Positions 23,101 through 32,700 of a stretch of DNA of 64,000 nucleotides are shown here, piece after piece. The translations under genes were made by a program, and so were the position numbers. Position 1 is the stretch's first letter. Each line of letters opens with the position of its first letter. The notes below the pieces were generated by a model. It ran no database searches and was not told the origin of the DNA. It saw nothing but the letters and a program-made list of their open reading frames with translations. Location of the stretch: NCBI GenBank assembly GCA_013265495.1, contig MU057809.1:124001-188000 (forward strand), written 5' to 3'. This DNA comes from Vicugna vicugna. Lineage: Eukaryota.

Positions 23101-26100
23101 CCCCGAGGTCCCTCTCCATTGGCCACAGGATCAAAACCAGGTTTTTTTTTAATTGTGCTGAAATTCACCTGACATACAATTTACCATTGTAACCATTTTT
23201 CAGCGCACAGCACAGTTGTGTTAACTGCATGCTGTTGTGCAAAAGATCTCTAGCACTTTCTCGTCTTCCCAAAGTGAGGGTCTGTCCCCACTAAACTGAC
23301 TCTGAGTCCCCTGACCCCTGCCACACCCCTGTCTGCTTTCTGTCTGTGACTCTGACTCCTCCAGGGACCTCACATAAGTGAAGTCACAGTTTCTGTCTTT
23401 TTGGGTCTGGCTTGTTTCACACCAGGGTTCAGCCACGCAGTAGCAGGCGTCAGATTCCTTCTTTCTCAGGCTGAATCCCACTCCAGTGCGTGGGTGGACC
23501 ACACTGTGTCGTCCACCCCCCGTAGAAGGCACTGGGCCGCCTGCGCTCTGGCAGCTGTGGATGTGGGTGTATACACGTCACCCCTTCAAGGCCTTGCTTT
23601 CTGTCTTCAGGGGACACACCGAGGCAGAACTGTTGGAGCCACTGTAGTTCTGTTTAGTTTTCTGAGGAGCCACCGCACCATCTTCCCGTAGTGGCTGCTG
23701 CAGTCCACGCTCTGCCCGCGGGGCCTGAGGGCTGCGGTTCCTCCGCAGCCTTGCCAGCACTGGCTGTTGGCTGTTTCTGACCCGGTGTGAGGCGCTGTCC
23801 CCGCTCTGCCGGTCCTGACTTGATGATCTCCCCGGTGACCAGTCACATGGGGCATCTTCCCGTGGGCTCATGGCCATGTGTGCGTGTGTCTGTCCCAGTC
23901 GCCTGCCTGACTTTGAATCAGGTTGGTGGTATTACAGGTTCTCTGTACTGGATATTAATCCCTGATCAGATACATGGTTTGCAAACGTCTTCTCCTGCTC
24001 TGTGGGTTGCCTTTATTTTTTTTTAAGACTTGATTTTTGTTTTTAAGCAGTGTTAGGTTCACAGCAACATTAAGAGGAAGGTACAGACCTTGCGCGTGAA
24101 CGCCCCCTGCCCCGGGGCGGAGGCTCCCCGTTGTCGCGTCCCCACCAGGTGGTGCGTTTATTGTGGGCCCACCACGGGGACACGTCCTTATCCCCTGGAG
24201 TCAGTGGCCTGGGCTCAGTCTTGGTGTCGGTCCTGTGAGACTGAGCGGAGCCCCCGCCGTCTCAGGGCTGTGGGATCCTTAGCGGGCTCCTCCCTCCCCT
24301 CCCTCGAGGCCCTTCTACTTCCTGAGGGTCTTTTGATGCACAAGACCTTGAAGCGTCACTGAGTCCGAGCTGCGCTGTGTTGTCCTTTCCCAGAAACCAC
24401 GACGCTCTTGCCCGGTGTCTTCCTCTAGGGATTTTCGTGCTCTAGGCCCTCCGTTTAGGTCCTCGACGACCTGCTTGGTGTGTTACCTGTGTAGGGTCCG
24501 GCGGCGTTCTCGGGCGTGTGGCGTCCAGTCGTCCCAGCACCATTGCTGAGTGGGCGGGGGCCCCGGTCAGAGATGTTTGACCGTCTTGCCTCGGGGCTGG
24601 CTGCTCCCCGTCCTTGTCTGCCGCTGCGCCGGGCCCGCACGACGGTGGCTTTGTAGGAAGTTTCGACGCCCGAAGTTGCGAGGCTTCACCTTTGTTCTCT
24701 TCAAGATTGTTTGGGCTCCGTGAGTCCCTGGAGACTGCAGGCGAAGTCTGGGGGCTCCTGTTTCCGTGAAGGAATGTTTTGGGGCTGAGGATTCACCCAG
24801 CCTGTGACCACTTTGGGCAGTATCGACGTTTTAACGCTACGAGGTCTTTCCGTCCACAAACGTGGGGTGTGTTTGTGTTTGCTTGTTTGCGTCTGTAACT
24901 TCTCGCTGCGTTGTGTCTGGTGTCCGTTGTCCAAGTCTTCCACCTCCTCGGCTGAGCTGGGTACCGAGTACTCCTTCGGACGCTGCTGTAAGTGGAACTG
25001 TCTCTAAGTTATTTTGCGGACTCTTCAGGGGTTCTTACGTGGAAATCGTAGCATCTGCAGAAAGACGACTTTCTGCTGCTTTCTTTCCAAGTGGAGCCCT
25101 TCGATTTCTTTTTCTTGCCTAACTCTCTGCCTGGACCCCCCAGGGTGCCCGCCCTTGGACGGGGCAGGGCTCAGGGTGCTGACCCCACGCGGTTCGAACC
25201 CGTGCTGTTCGAGGGTCAGCCGCCACGGTGCCGGGCGCGGAGGGAGCAGCATCCTCGCCTCGCTCCCGATCTCAGACTAGAAGCTGCCGGCTCTCACCTC
25301 CGAGCGTGAGGTGTGACCTGGGCTGCTCACGTGTGGCTCCCCTCACGTCACAGCGCAAGAGGGTTGCCTTCTGGTCTTTCTTGCCGGGTGCTTCTGTGGA
25401 AGATGTTTAGTTTTGTCAGATGCGTCTTCGGCATCAGGTGGGCGGGCGCTGGGCTTTCCTTCATCCTGTGAACGTGTGCGTCGCGCTGGCTGGCCTTCCT
25501 GGCGCGCCGTCCTCGCGCTCCGGACCTGTCCCCCCCGGGCACGGCGCGCGGCCCCCGCAGTGTGCTGCCGAGCTGGCTGCTGGGGTTGTGTGGCGTGTTC
25601 TCGCCTCAGTGTCCGTAACGGGCACTGGTGTGTGGTTTCCAGTCCTCGCAGTGTCTCTTCTCTGGCCTTGGTGTCAGGGTTACACTGACCTCATGGGTGA
25701 GCAGGAGGTGTCCCCTGCTCTTCAGGTCTTGGGGCCGAGAAGGATGGGCAGGACGGGTGTCGTGTCAGCAGCCAGGCCACGCGGCCCGGGGACTTTGGCG
25801 ACCGGTCTGGTTCCCTCACTCGCCGTAGGCCTGTTCAGAGTGTGTGTTCCTTTGTGCTTTAAGCTGGTGGGTGCTGGGGGCCAGGTCTCTGGCCCCGCCT
25901 TCCAGGGCCAGGCCCCCTACCCCGGGTCCTGCCGCCCGAGGGTGCGGCCTCGGGCCTCCCCCGCCCCTTGCGTTGTGCGTGAACTCCGGCCCTCTGCGGG
26001 GGCAGGGCCAGGACCCTCTTTCACTTAGAGGTGGTCTTGGTAATCCTTACGTTTTGCATTTGATCGGGGGTGGATAAGCCTGTCTCACGGCCCTGCTTTG

Positions 26101-27299
26101 TCTCCTGGTGTCCTCACTCCTTCCTGAGGGGGCTCTGCAGACACAGATGCTCGTGCACGCACACTGTGCCGCCGCCTCTCGTCCTGGGCTCTGGGGCTGC
26201 TGCGGGTGGCGCAGCGTGGGCTCCGCAGGGCCTGTCCCCTGGGCTTGCCCGCAGTGTTCCGTGTGCATCCACGTCCCTGCCCGGGTGGCCCGCCTCCCCG
26301 GCCCTCGGGGCAGGGAGGGAGGGGGAGCACGTGTCCTCATCTGCCATCAAGGGTGGTCTGCGCAGAGCCCCCCCGTGGCCCAGCCTCTCCCGGAGCTCTC
26401 TCCCCAAAGCGCACGGCGGCCTCTGCCGCCGTGAACTGTGTCTGGAGCCCTAGCGGACGGTGTTGGGGGCACGCCCTTTCTCCGAGCTGTGGCTCCGTGA
26501 CCCCTGCCCCAGCGACCCCGTGTCCTAAGGCCTCACGTCCGCGCCTCTACAGCGCCTGTCCGTCTGTCCACCCAGAACTGCAGTGACGCTTCAGTGTGTC
26601 TGAGAATTGGGTTGAAGCGTCAGGTCACGGTGTTCATGTCGGGCCTGACGCCCCGCCCCTTCGAAAGGTTCCCGAGCCGCGAGGCGCGGACTGGGAAGGC
26701 TTCACGCCGGAGGGCGCCACCCGCCCGTTTACTGCTCGCTGTGCCTTGGTTGGGGGCACTTCTTGCGCTTGGATTTTTGTCTTGGCACGATAGTTGTTCT
26801 TTGCATTGAAGTTAGGTGAGTGAAAAAGAGCGTCCCCGCAGGGGACAGCAGGTAACGCTGCTGGGTCGTCTTTGACCCTTGGCCCGTCCAACTGCGGTGT
26901 GTCCCTTGCTTGGAGAGCTAGCGTGCGCATGGGCTGCCCCCCGGCCCCCGGGCAACGTGGTCCGCCAGCGCCACTTCCCGACAGCCCCTGGACCTCCTGG
27001 TGGCTGCACGGCGTCCCCTCCACAGGCAGCTGGGTCTCTCCCTGCTAAGGCCCCAGCAGCATCTTGAACGTTGGCCGTTGGAGGGAAGCTGGCGGTGGGG
27101 GTCCTGGGCCCGCTGCCGCCGTCTGGTCAGCCCTGAACGTGGCACCGTGGGAAACGGGGGTTCGGGGGGCTGCTGGCGTGGCACAGCTGTGACCCCACGG
27201 CGCCTCCTTCCAGGGAACCTTCTGAGCAGCCTCATGGGCTCCTCGGAGCAGGAGGGCGAGGACAGCCAGGACGACAGCAGCCCCATCGAGCTCGACTGA
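13312..27299 (+). CDS. GET4: Guided entry of tail-anchored proteins factor 4 (TRC35; BAG6 complex), complete, 9 exons, 327 aa
   Basis: Exons 13312-13469, 17878-17956, 18167-18248, 18712-18861, 21074-21212, 22458-22598, 22709-22784, 22896-22968 and 27214-27299 sum to 984 nt in one frame; [17 protein letters not shown]...[17 protein letters not shown]...SPIELD*. Confidence 0.98.
15310..15670 (-). mobile_element. Old LINE-1 (L1MC/ME-like) 3'-end fragment in GET4 intron 1
   Basis: tgtacaattcgatgagttttgacatgtgtatccac...tcattttattgctgagtggtgttccgttgtgtgg pattern. Confidence 0.65.
17878..17956 (+). CDS. GET4: GET4 exon 2 ([26 protein letters not shown])
   Basis: cgcag|G acceptor, CAG|gtgggt donor. 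Confidence 0.95.
18167..18248 (+). CDS. GET4: GET4 exon 3 ([27 protein letters not shown])
   Basis: tacag|CAA acceptor, G|gtgagc donor. Confidence 0.95.
18712..18861 (+). CDS. GET4: GET4 exon 4 ([26 protein letters not shown]...LTLWK)
   Basis: ttcag|AA acceptor, G|gtagg donor. Confidence 0.95.
21074..21212 (+). CDS. GET4: GET4 exon 5 ([26 protein letters not shown]...AQAVL)
   Basis: tgcag|AG acceptor, CA|gtacgt donor. Confidence 0.95.
22458..22598 (+). CDS. GET4: GET4 exon 6 ([22 protein letters not shown]...LLLAVD)
   Basis: tatag|G acceptor, GG|gtgagt donor. Confidence 0.95.
22709..22784 (+). CDS. GET4: GET4 exon 7 ([25 protein letters not shown])
   Basis: ttcag|G acceptor, GAG|gtgagg donor. 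Confidence 0.95.
22896..22968 (+). CDS. GET4: GET4 exon 8 ([24 protein letters not shown])
   Basis: cgcag|TAC acceptor, G|gtaagg donor. Confidence 0.95.
23140..25800 (-). mobile_element. Degenerate LINE-1 (3' end plus ORF2 remnant) in GET4 intron 8, interrupted by a second L1 3' end (~24015-24320) and a MITE (~25145-25222)
   Basis: T-tract plus L1MB-like 3' end at 23140; minus-strand peptides [12 protein letters not shown] and [17 protein letters not shown] echo L1 ORF2 motifs. Confidence 0.75.
25145..25222. mobile_element. Internally deleted Tigger2/MER8-type MITE (~80 bp)
   Basis: Right end gttcgaacccgtgctgttcgagggtcagccg matches the recalled Tigger2a/MER8 TIR (GTTCAAACCCGTGTTGTTCAAGGGTCAACTG); left end cccttggacggggcagggctcagggtgctgacccc resembles the MER8 left end. 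Confidence 0.55.
27214..27299 (+). CDS. GET4: GET4 exon 9, terminal ([27 protein letters not shown])
   Basis: tccag|GG acceptor; TGA stop ends at 27299. Confidence 0.95.
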
Positions 27300-27468
27300 C
27301 CCCGCGGACCTGGCGGACGCGCCTGGACCCAGCGGGCGCGGTTCCGAGCCAAGTCCCGGACCCGGGCCCCAGCCAGGCTCCAGCACGGGGTCGCGGGGCT
27401 GCGCGGCGGTCGTGGGGCCGGCCGGGTGCGCTGGCTGGGCCGACGCCGTGTACCTTGACGTGACCCCC

Positions 27469-27947
27469 AATAAAGCACAGGCCTGGCCGTGCCGCCACCT
27501 TCCCAGCCGTGTCTGGTCTGCTTTGGGAGAGCCCGTCCCCGACGCACACGGCGGGGCAGCTGTGCGGGGGGCGAGGGGGCCTGGCCCCCGGCCCTGGAGC
27601 TCGCGGGGGCCAGACCCCAAAACGGCGTCTGGTCAGGAGGCTGCGAACTGTCTGCCTTCGGGAGGCAATATTTATTTCCTTCAGGTGATCGATTCCCTTG
27701 ACCTGACGTTTGCGGTTTTAACCTAACGAGCAGTCCAGGAACGGGCAGAGGTGTCCTTTCTCACCTGTGCTGTGCCAGACGCTCCCAGGATGACTACGAA
27801 AAGGGAAACACTTTATTTTTTCACAATTAAAATAAGAGTTGTAGATTAATACCCGGTGATCATGCATGGGAAGGGAGTGCGCGGTTTTATTTACTGTAAA
27901 AACGGGATTTAAAGGAAGGTTTGTGTTCATTGTTGAGTTTAAATAAA
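27469..27947 (+). terminator. GET4: Candidate GET4 polyadenylation signals (AATAAA at 27469-27474 and 27942-27947)
   Basis: Canonical hexamers in the 3' UTR; the distal one lies in an AT-rich patch typical of a 3' end. Confidence 0.65.
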
Positions 27948-28128
27948 TCCTTTATACTGCGCTTCGCTGCGCTGGTCCTTTCTGAGGGAGCCGCCAGGGT
28001 CGGGCTGTCTGAGCTGCGGGCACCGCGCCAGTGTGTACAGGTCTGCCCAGCGTGGCCCTGCTGGGCGGCCGGGAGCCAGTGTTGGGAGGGCGTTGTGATT
28101 TTAGATACAGACTGCAGAGTGTGTGGGA

Positions 28129-28137
28129 GTGTGTGTG

Positions 28138-28168
<31 letters not shown>

Positions 28169-28170
28169 GT
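28129..28170. repeat. Compound microsatellite (GT)6(CTGT)7
   Basis: Read directly from sequence. Confidence 0.9.
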
Positions 28171-28937
28171 CTGGGGAACCCAGACCTGCTGATGGGCCCA
28201 GGGGCTGTGTGTGCAGCTGTGGATGCGCCGCCTGGTCACTGCGCCGCCCCCGCCTTGGTTGAGATGTCCTCCCGCTGGTCGGATGGCGGTGCATGTTGTT
28301 CTGTTTCCTTCCGGAACGTTAAGGTGTCGGTTTTCTGGGTACAGCACGTGGGTGTACACACACACACCCCCACACCCTCACGTTCACGCACACACGCCCA
28401 GCCCCACCCAGGCGGGTAGGCTAGGGGCCTGGGGTTTTCTCTCGTGTCCCAGGATGAGCCCTGCCTCTTGAGGCTCAAGTTGCCGCATCTGGAAGATGGG
28501 TCAGTGAGGGCGGACGGGGGACCTGGGTTCTGCGGGAAAGGCTCTCCTGGGGGGATGCACTTGCCAGGGCAGGCAGGGTCTTTGAGAGGGTGGGCCAGGG
28601 CCCTGGGTGACCCCACGGCTGTGCAGGGCACCCTGTGGCTGTCCTCACTCACAGCCCAACCATTTTGGGGCCCCTGCCCTGGCAGCCTTAGCAAGGGCAG
28701 GGCTGAGATGGGTGGGCTGGGGTCCCCCTGCAAGGAGAGGCACCTTGTGCGCCCCGCCACCCCCCGCCCAGAATCCAGGTTTGTGATGGGTCTGAGCTGT
28801 GGGTGCTGCTCGGATGTGGAAGGAGACGAGGGCTTGGAGGAAGGGCACCTCCCCAAGGCCCTTGGGTGCCCCACTCCGGGGTTGGGGGAAGTCCCTTTCC
28901 TAGCACATACCAGAGGCCGTGGGCCCAGAGCCCCAAC

Positions 28938-28943
28938 TTTATT
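28938..28943 (-). terminator. ADAP1: Candidate ADAP1 polyadenylation signal
   Basis: TTTATT on + (AATAAA on -), ~730 nt downstream of the ADAP1 stop. Confidence 0.65.
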
Positions 28944-29249
28944 CCTGGATGTGACATGGAGGGGGGCTGTCCTGGCCAGGCAGGACACCACCCAGATAGC
29001 CCAGCAGGTGATCCCGTTTCCCCCAGCTCCTCTGGCTTCCTGGGGGTGATGGGACCCTGTGCACATCCTCCACTTCTCCCGTGAGTATGTATGTTCTCAG
29101 GGACGGCACCCGGGAGAGGCTCGGTGGCAGTGAGCGCTAGCCAGCAGCACACAGGGCCTCCATCCCCCCAGCGTTCCGGGACTGAGGGCAGGCCAGCGGT
29201 CAGCGCCAGGACCCACACGCACACGCCAGTCGGCTTCTTGAGGACGAGG

Positions 29250-29320
29250 CCCACGTCCTCCACTCTAGCACCCAGGACCCCACGACTGACACAGCAAGTG
29301 CTCAATAAATACTTGTTGTG
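29250..29320 (+). mobile_element. L2 3'-end fragment inside the ADAP1 3' UTR
   Basis: acacagcaagtgctcaataaatacttgttg is the typical L2 terminal motif. Confidence 0.6.
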
Positions 29321-29675
29321 GGGGGAGGCGGGGACACGGGGCAGGATGGGGGGCATGCGGGCCGGCCCGCTGTCCCCACAGCCCGGCCTCCTGGTGCTCA
29401 GGTGGGCAGGGGCCGCTGGGGGCCAGGCTGGGGCCTCAGGAACAGTGAGCCAGCGGGCAGGGAGGGAGTGGGCGTCACGTCGGGGGGCAGCAGCAGAATG
29501 GGGTCAGAGGTCAGTCCGGGCCGGCCCGCAGTGGGGTTCTAGGGAAACAGGTCCTAGTGGCGAAAGCTCAGGCCCCACCTGGCCGCGCCAAGGGCTCGCT
29601 CCTTCACTGGCTGCTGCCTCCTCGCTGGCCACATCCAGTGAGTCCGCGTCCTCGGGCTCCCACGGCCATCTCTCG

Positions 29676-29704
29676 CTAGGGTTTATGTTTGAAGTGGGCT
29701 TCCA
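29676..29704 (-). CDS. ADAP1: ADAP1 exon 11, terminal coding part (VEAHFKHKP*)
   Basis: ttccag|TG acceptor; TAG stop at 29678-29676. Confidence 0.93.
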
Positions 29705-32700
29705 CTGGAAAAGGGACAGGTGTCCAGCCTGGGCCCAGCCCTGCGGGTCGTCAGGCTCAAGCCCCAGGCTGCCCCGCGCCTCACCTGCGTACTCCTGGGG
29801 CAGCATGGGCCGGTCCACCACCGTCCGGAGCGCCTCCATCCACGCCCGCTGCTCTGACTCCGTCTCGCAGGCCAGCAGGAACCTGCGCTCGGGCGTGACG
29901 ATGGTGATGCCGTGCGGCCAGTGGTGGCCCTGGGTGGATGGCGGGAGCCCATCGAGCACCGTGTAGCCGCTCTCCCTGCTGCCGATGAAGACCTCCCCAC
30001 GGGCGAAGGCGTCCTGCAGGCGGGCACCAGGCTGAGTAGGGGGCACCAGCCCCCTCCCCCAGCAGCGTAGCCAGCCACCCGCAGCGTGTGTCCAGCAAAC
30101 ATCGGCCAGTCAGCTCTTCTCGGTCCTGTGGGTAACCCGGGGAGGCACAGCCACCCTGCGGGGGGCCCTGCCAGACAGCCCACGCAGCCCCAGCAGATTT
30201 GAGACCACCGCCGTCCTTACCAGGGGGTCTTTGAAGTACATAAGCCTCCGGTCATCCATGGTGAACCAGCGCTTCCGGAAGCCTTCTGTCTGCTGTGGGG
30301 CGAGGGTGCCGGGCGGTCACCACCAGGAGGGCGAGGCCGCCAGTTCGTCCACCCACCCATCCTCACTGGCTGATACCTGCTGGGGGCCGGCTGTACACAA
30401 GGTCCTCGCACCTACTGCTCCTCCTGCCTCAATGCTCTTTCCCCAACCCCAGCCCACCCCCCGCACCAGCTCCTCCCGTGGGCCCTGTCCACGTGCCTAC
30501 GGAGTCTGGGCCAGAATGTGGGCCACCTGCGTCCTGGGATCCAAGTCTCCTGTGTCCCCCTTCACCCCCCCACACACGGCAGGGTTGGGCCGAGCTGGCT
30601 CTGGCCCAAGGGTGCAGAGAGCTGTGAGCAGGGAGGGCGGGAGGCAGGGCTGGGAGGTGGCCCAGGTCAGGGGAGCCTCTGCGCTTACAAGACATTCTGG
30701 GGGCAAGTTGAGGCCTCACCTGGCACTGTTGACCCCCATCCCGGCCCCAGGTGACCAAGACATGACCTTGGAAGGAGGCCTGGGCACCCGGGGCTCCAGC
30801 TCAGACTCACCTTGGGCCCCGTCTTCTCCATGTAGCCTTCCTGAAGGTAGTTTCTGGAGAGCTTCGGCACCAGCTAGGGCAGAACCTGGCTCAGCCCCCA
30901 GGCCACCCCTCCCTGGCCACCCCCCACTCAGGCACACAGCAGGGGCGCCGTGGTCTCCAGGGCCCACAGGCCAGTCACTGGCAGGGGTCTCTGGGGGTCC
31001 ACGTGGGCCCTTGGTCAGCCCACCACCCGCCGTCCACCCCGACCCGAGGTTGAAGGCAACACAGCCACTCACATCCGCATCGCTGGCCCCGGGGAAGGCC
31101 ACCTGCAAGTAGTGGAAGCGTGCGGCCCGGAGCGCGTTGAACCAGTCCACAATCTCCTGGGGGCAGAGGCTGGGTGTGGGCGGTGGCCACAGGCCCCTCT
31201 GGACTCACCCCATCCCGCAGCTCCCTGGCCCCACTCAGGCCTGTCCCCACCACGTGCCCAGCTGGCTGCGGGCTGCTGTGGACACAGGCAGGTGCGGCGC
31301 AGGCCTGCTCAGGGAGGGCCCCCAGGGCAGCCTGGAAGGTCAGGGAAGGCGCCACTGCAGGGGCACCAGCCTGGCCAGACACCATGCCGTGGACCTTGTC
31401 CCAGCCTGGCCGATGCCCATGCAGTCAGGGAGCAGGCTGCGCCACAGACAGCCATCTCTGGGCAGGCAGGGGCCAGCAGGCCTTGGGCTGTTGTGCAAGC
31501 TGCCCCCAGACCCTGATGCTGCTTTGGGTGCTGGCCAGGCTTTTCTGCCATTCCGCTATTTTTATGACCTGACGTCTTGCCTAGAAGGAGGCTCGCCTGT
31601 TTTAAACCCACCCAGGCCGCCACCTCCCCTGCCCCCAGGGAGGGAAGGGAGGACAGAGGGCAGACCCAGGCTCCTGGCTGGACACCGGACGGGAGGGGGT
31701 TGGGCTGAATGCCAGAGGCAGAAGCGGCCCCAGGTGCTGCCCTCAGCCCCTGTGTGTTGCTGCCCGCCCCCACCCTTCCCTCCTGGCCCAGTGCCTGACC
31801 TGGGGTCGACCCACTCCCACAGCCCCTGTAACTACCCACCCTCTGCTGCTGGCAAGGCCCCGTCCTCACCCAGGGCTCCCACCTCTCCTGGCTGCCGAGA
31901 TCACCGTCCCAGTGACCCCTACACACCTCTCCTCCCCTCACAGGCTCCCCAGTGCCTCCACTCTCAGGCAACTTCCAAGCTGGGGCCTCTCCCAGCACCT
32001 GGCTAGAGCCCCCGTGGGGTCAGCTGTGCACTGGGTAGACTGCTCCTCCCTGATCCCCAGGGCCACTCGGTGGGCGCCACCCTCAGCCAGTCCTGCCTTC
32101 ATCCCGGTCCCTCCTCTGACCCCGGCTCTGCCCACCACAAGGCAGGCCCGGCTGCAGTGCCCCTGCTCTGTCCTCCCGCTGTGGCCCACAGGACCCTCGG
32201 CCCACATCGATCAGGCTGGGACCTCCACTCTGATCCCTGCCAGGAACCTTATCCCAATGCACCTAGCCCCTTGGGTCCCTGCCTGCCTGGTCGCTAGCAC
32301 TGCTCAGGCCCGACCTTGAATCACTGAAACCAGGCGGCTGGAGGGATCCTCTGGAAGTCCAGTTAGGCAGGGCACCCTCCCCCCACTGCCCACTGCCCAC
32401 TGCACAGCGGGAAGGACATACAGGCTCTGGTCGGAGCAGGACCATCCCCGGCTGTCCCCACCCCCTCCCTTTTCTGCTTCCCTCCTCCTTATCAGTGTCT
32501 CAGACATGATCTGTTTTTTTCCCCCACCACAGGGCCTTTGCACGTTCCTTCCTTTCTCCCAGAATGTGTCCACCCCTTGGGATGTTCCTAGTTCTCATAG
32601 CCCAGCACTCCACACCCCACACTCGCCCACCAAGGCACAGCCCTGTCCAACAGGCTCAGCTGTGGCTATCGCAGGGCCTGGCATGGAGCAGGGGGGATGG

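Noticed and set aside
30290..30295. NAGNAG acceptor of ADAP1 exon 9
   Set aside because: Real, but would only remove one Gln; a common phenomenon with no evidence of significance.
28236..32006. Several 220-290 aa ORFs around the ADAP1 3' exons
   Set aside because: Antisense or shadow frames of GC-rich exons, introns and UTR; no protein-like features.
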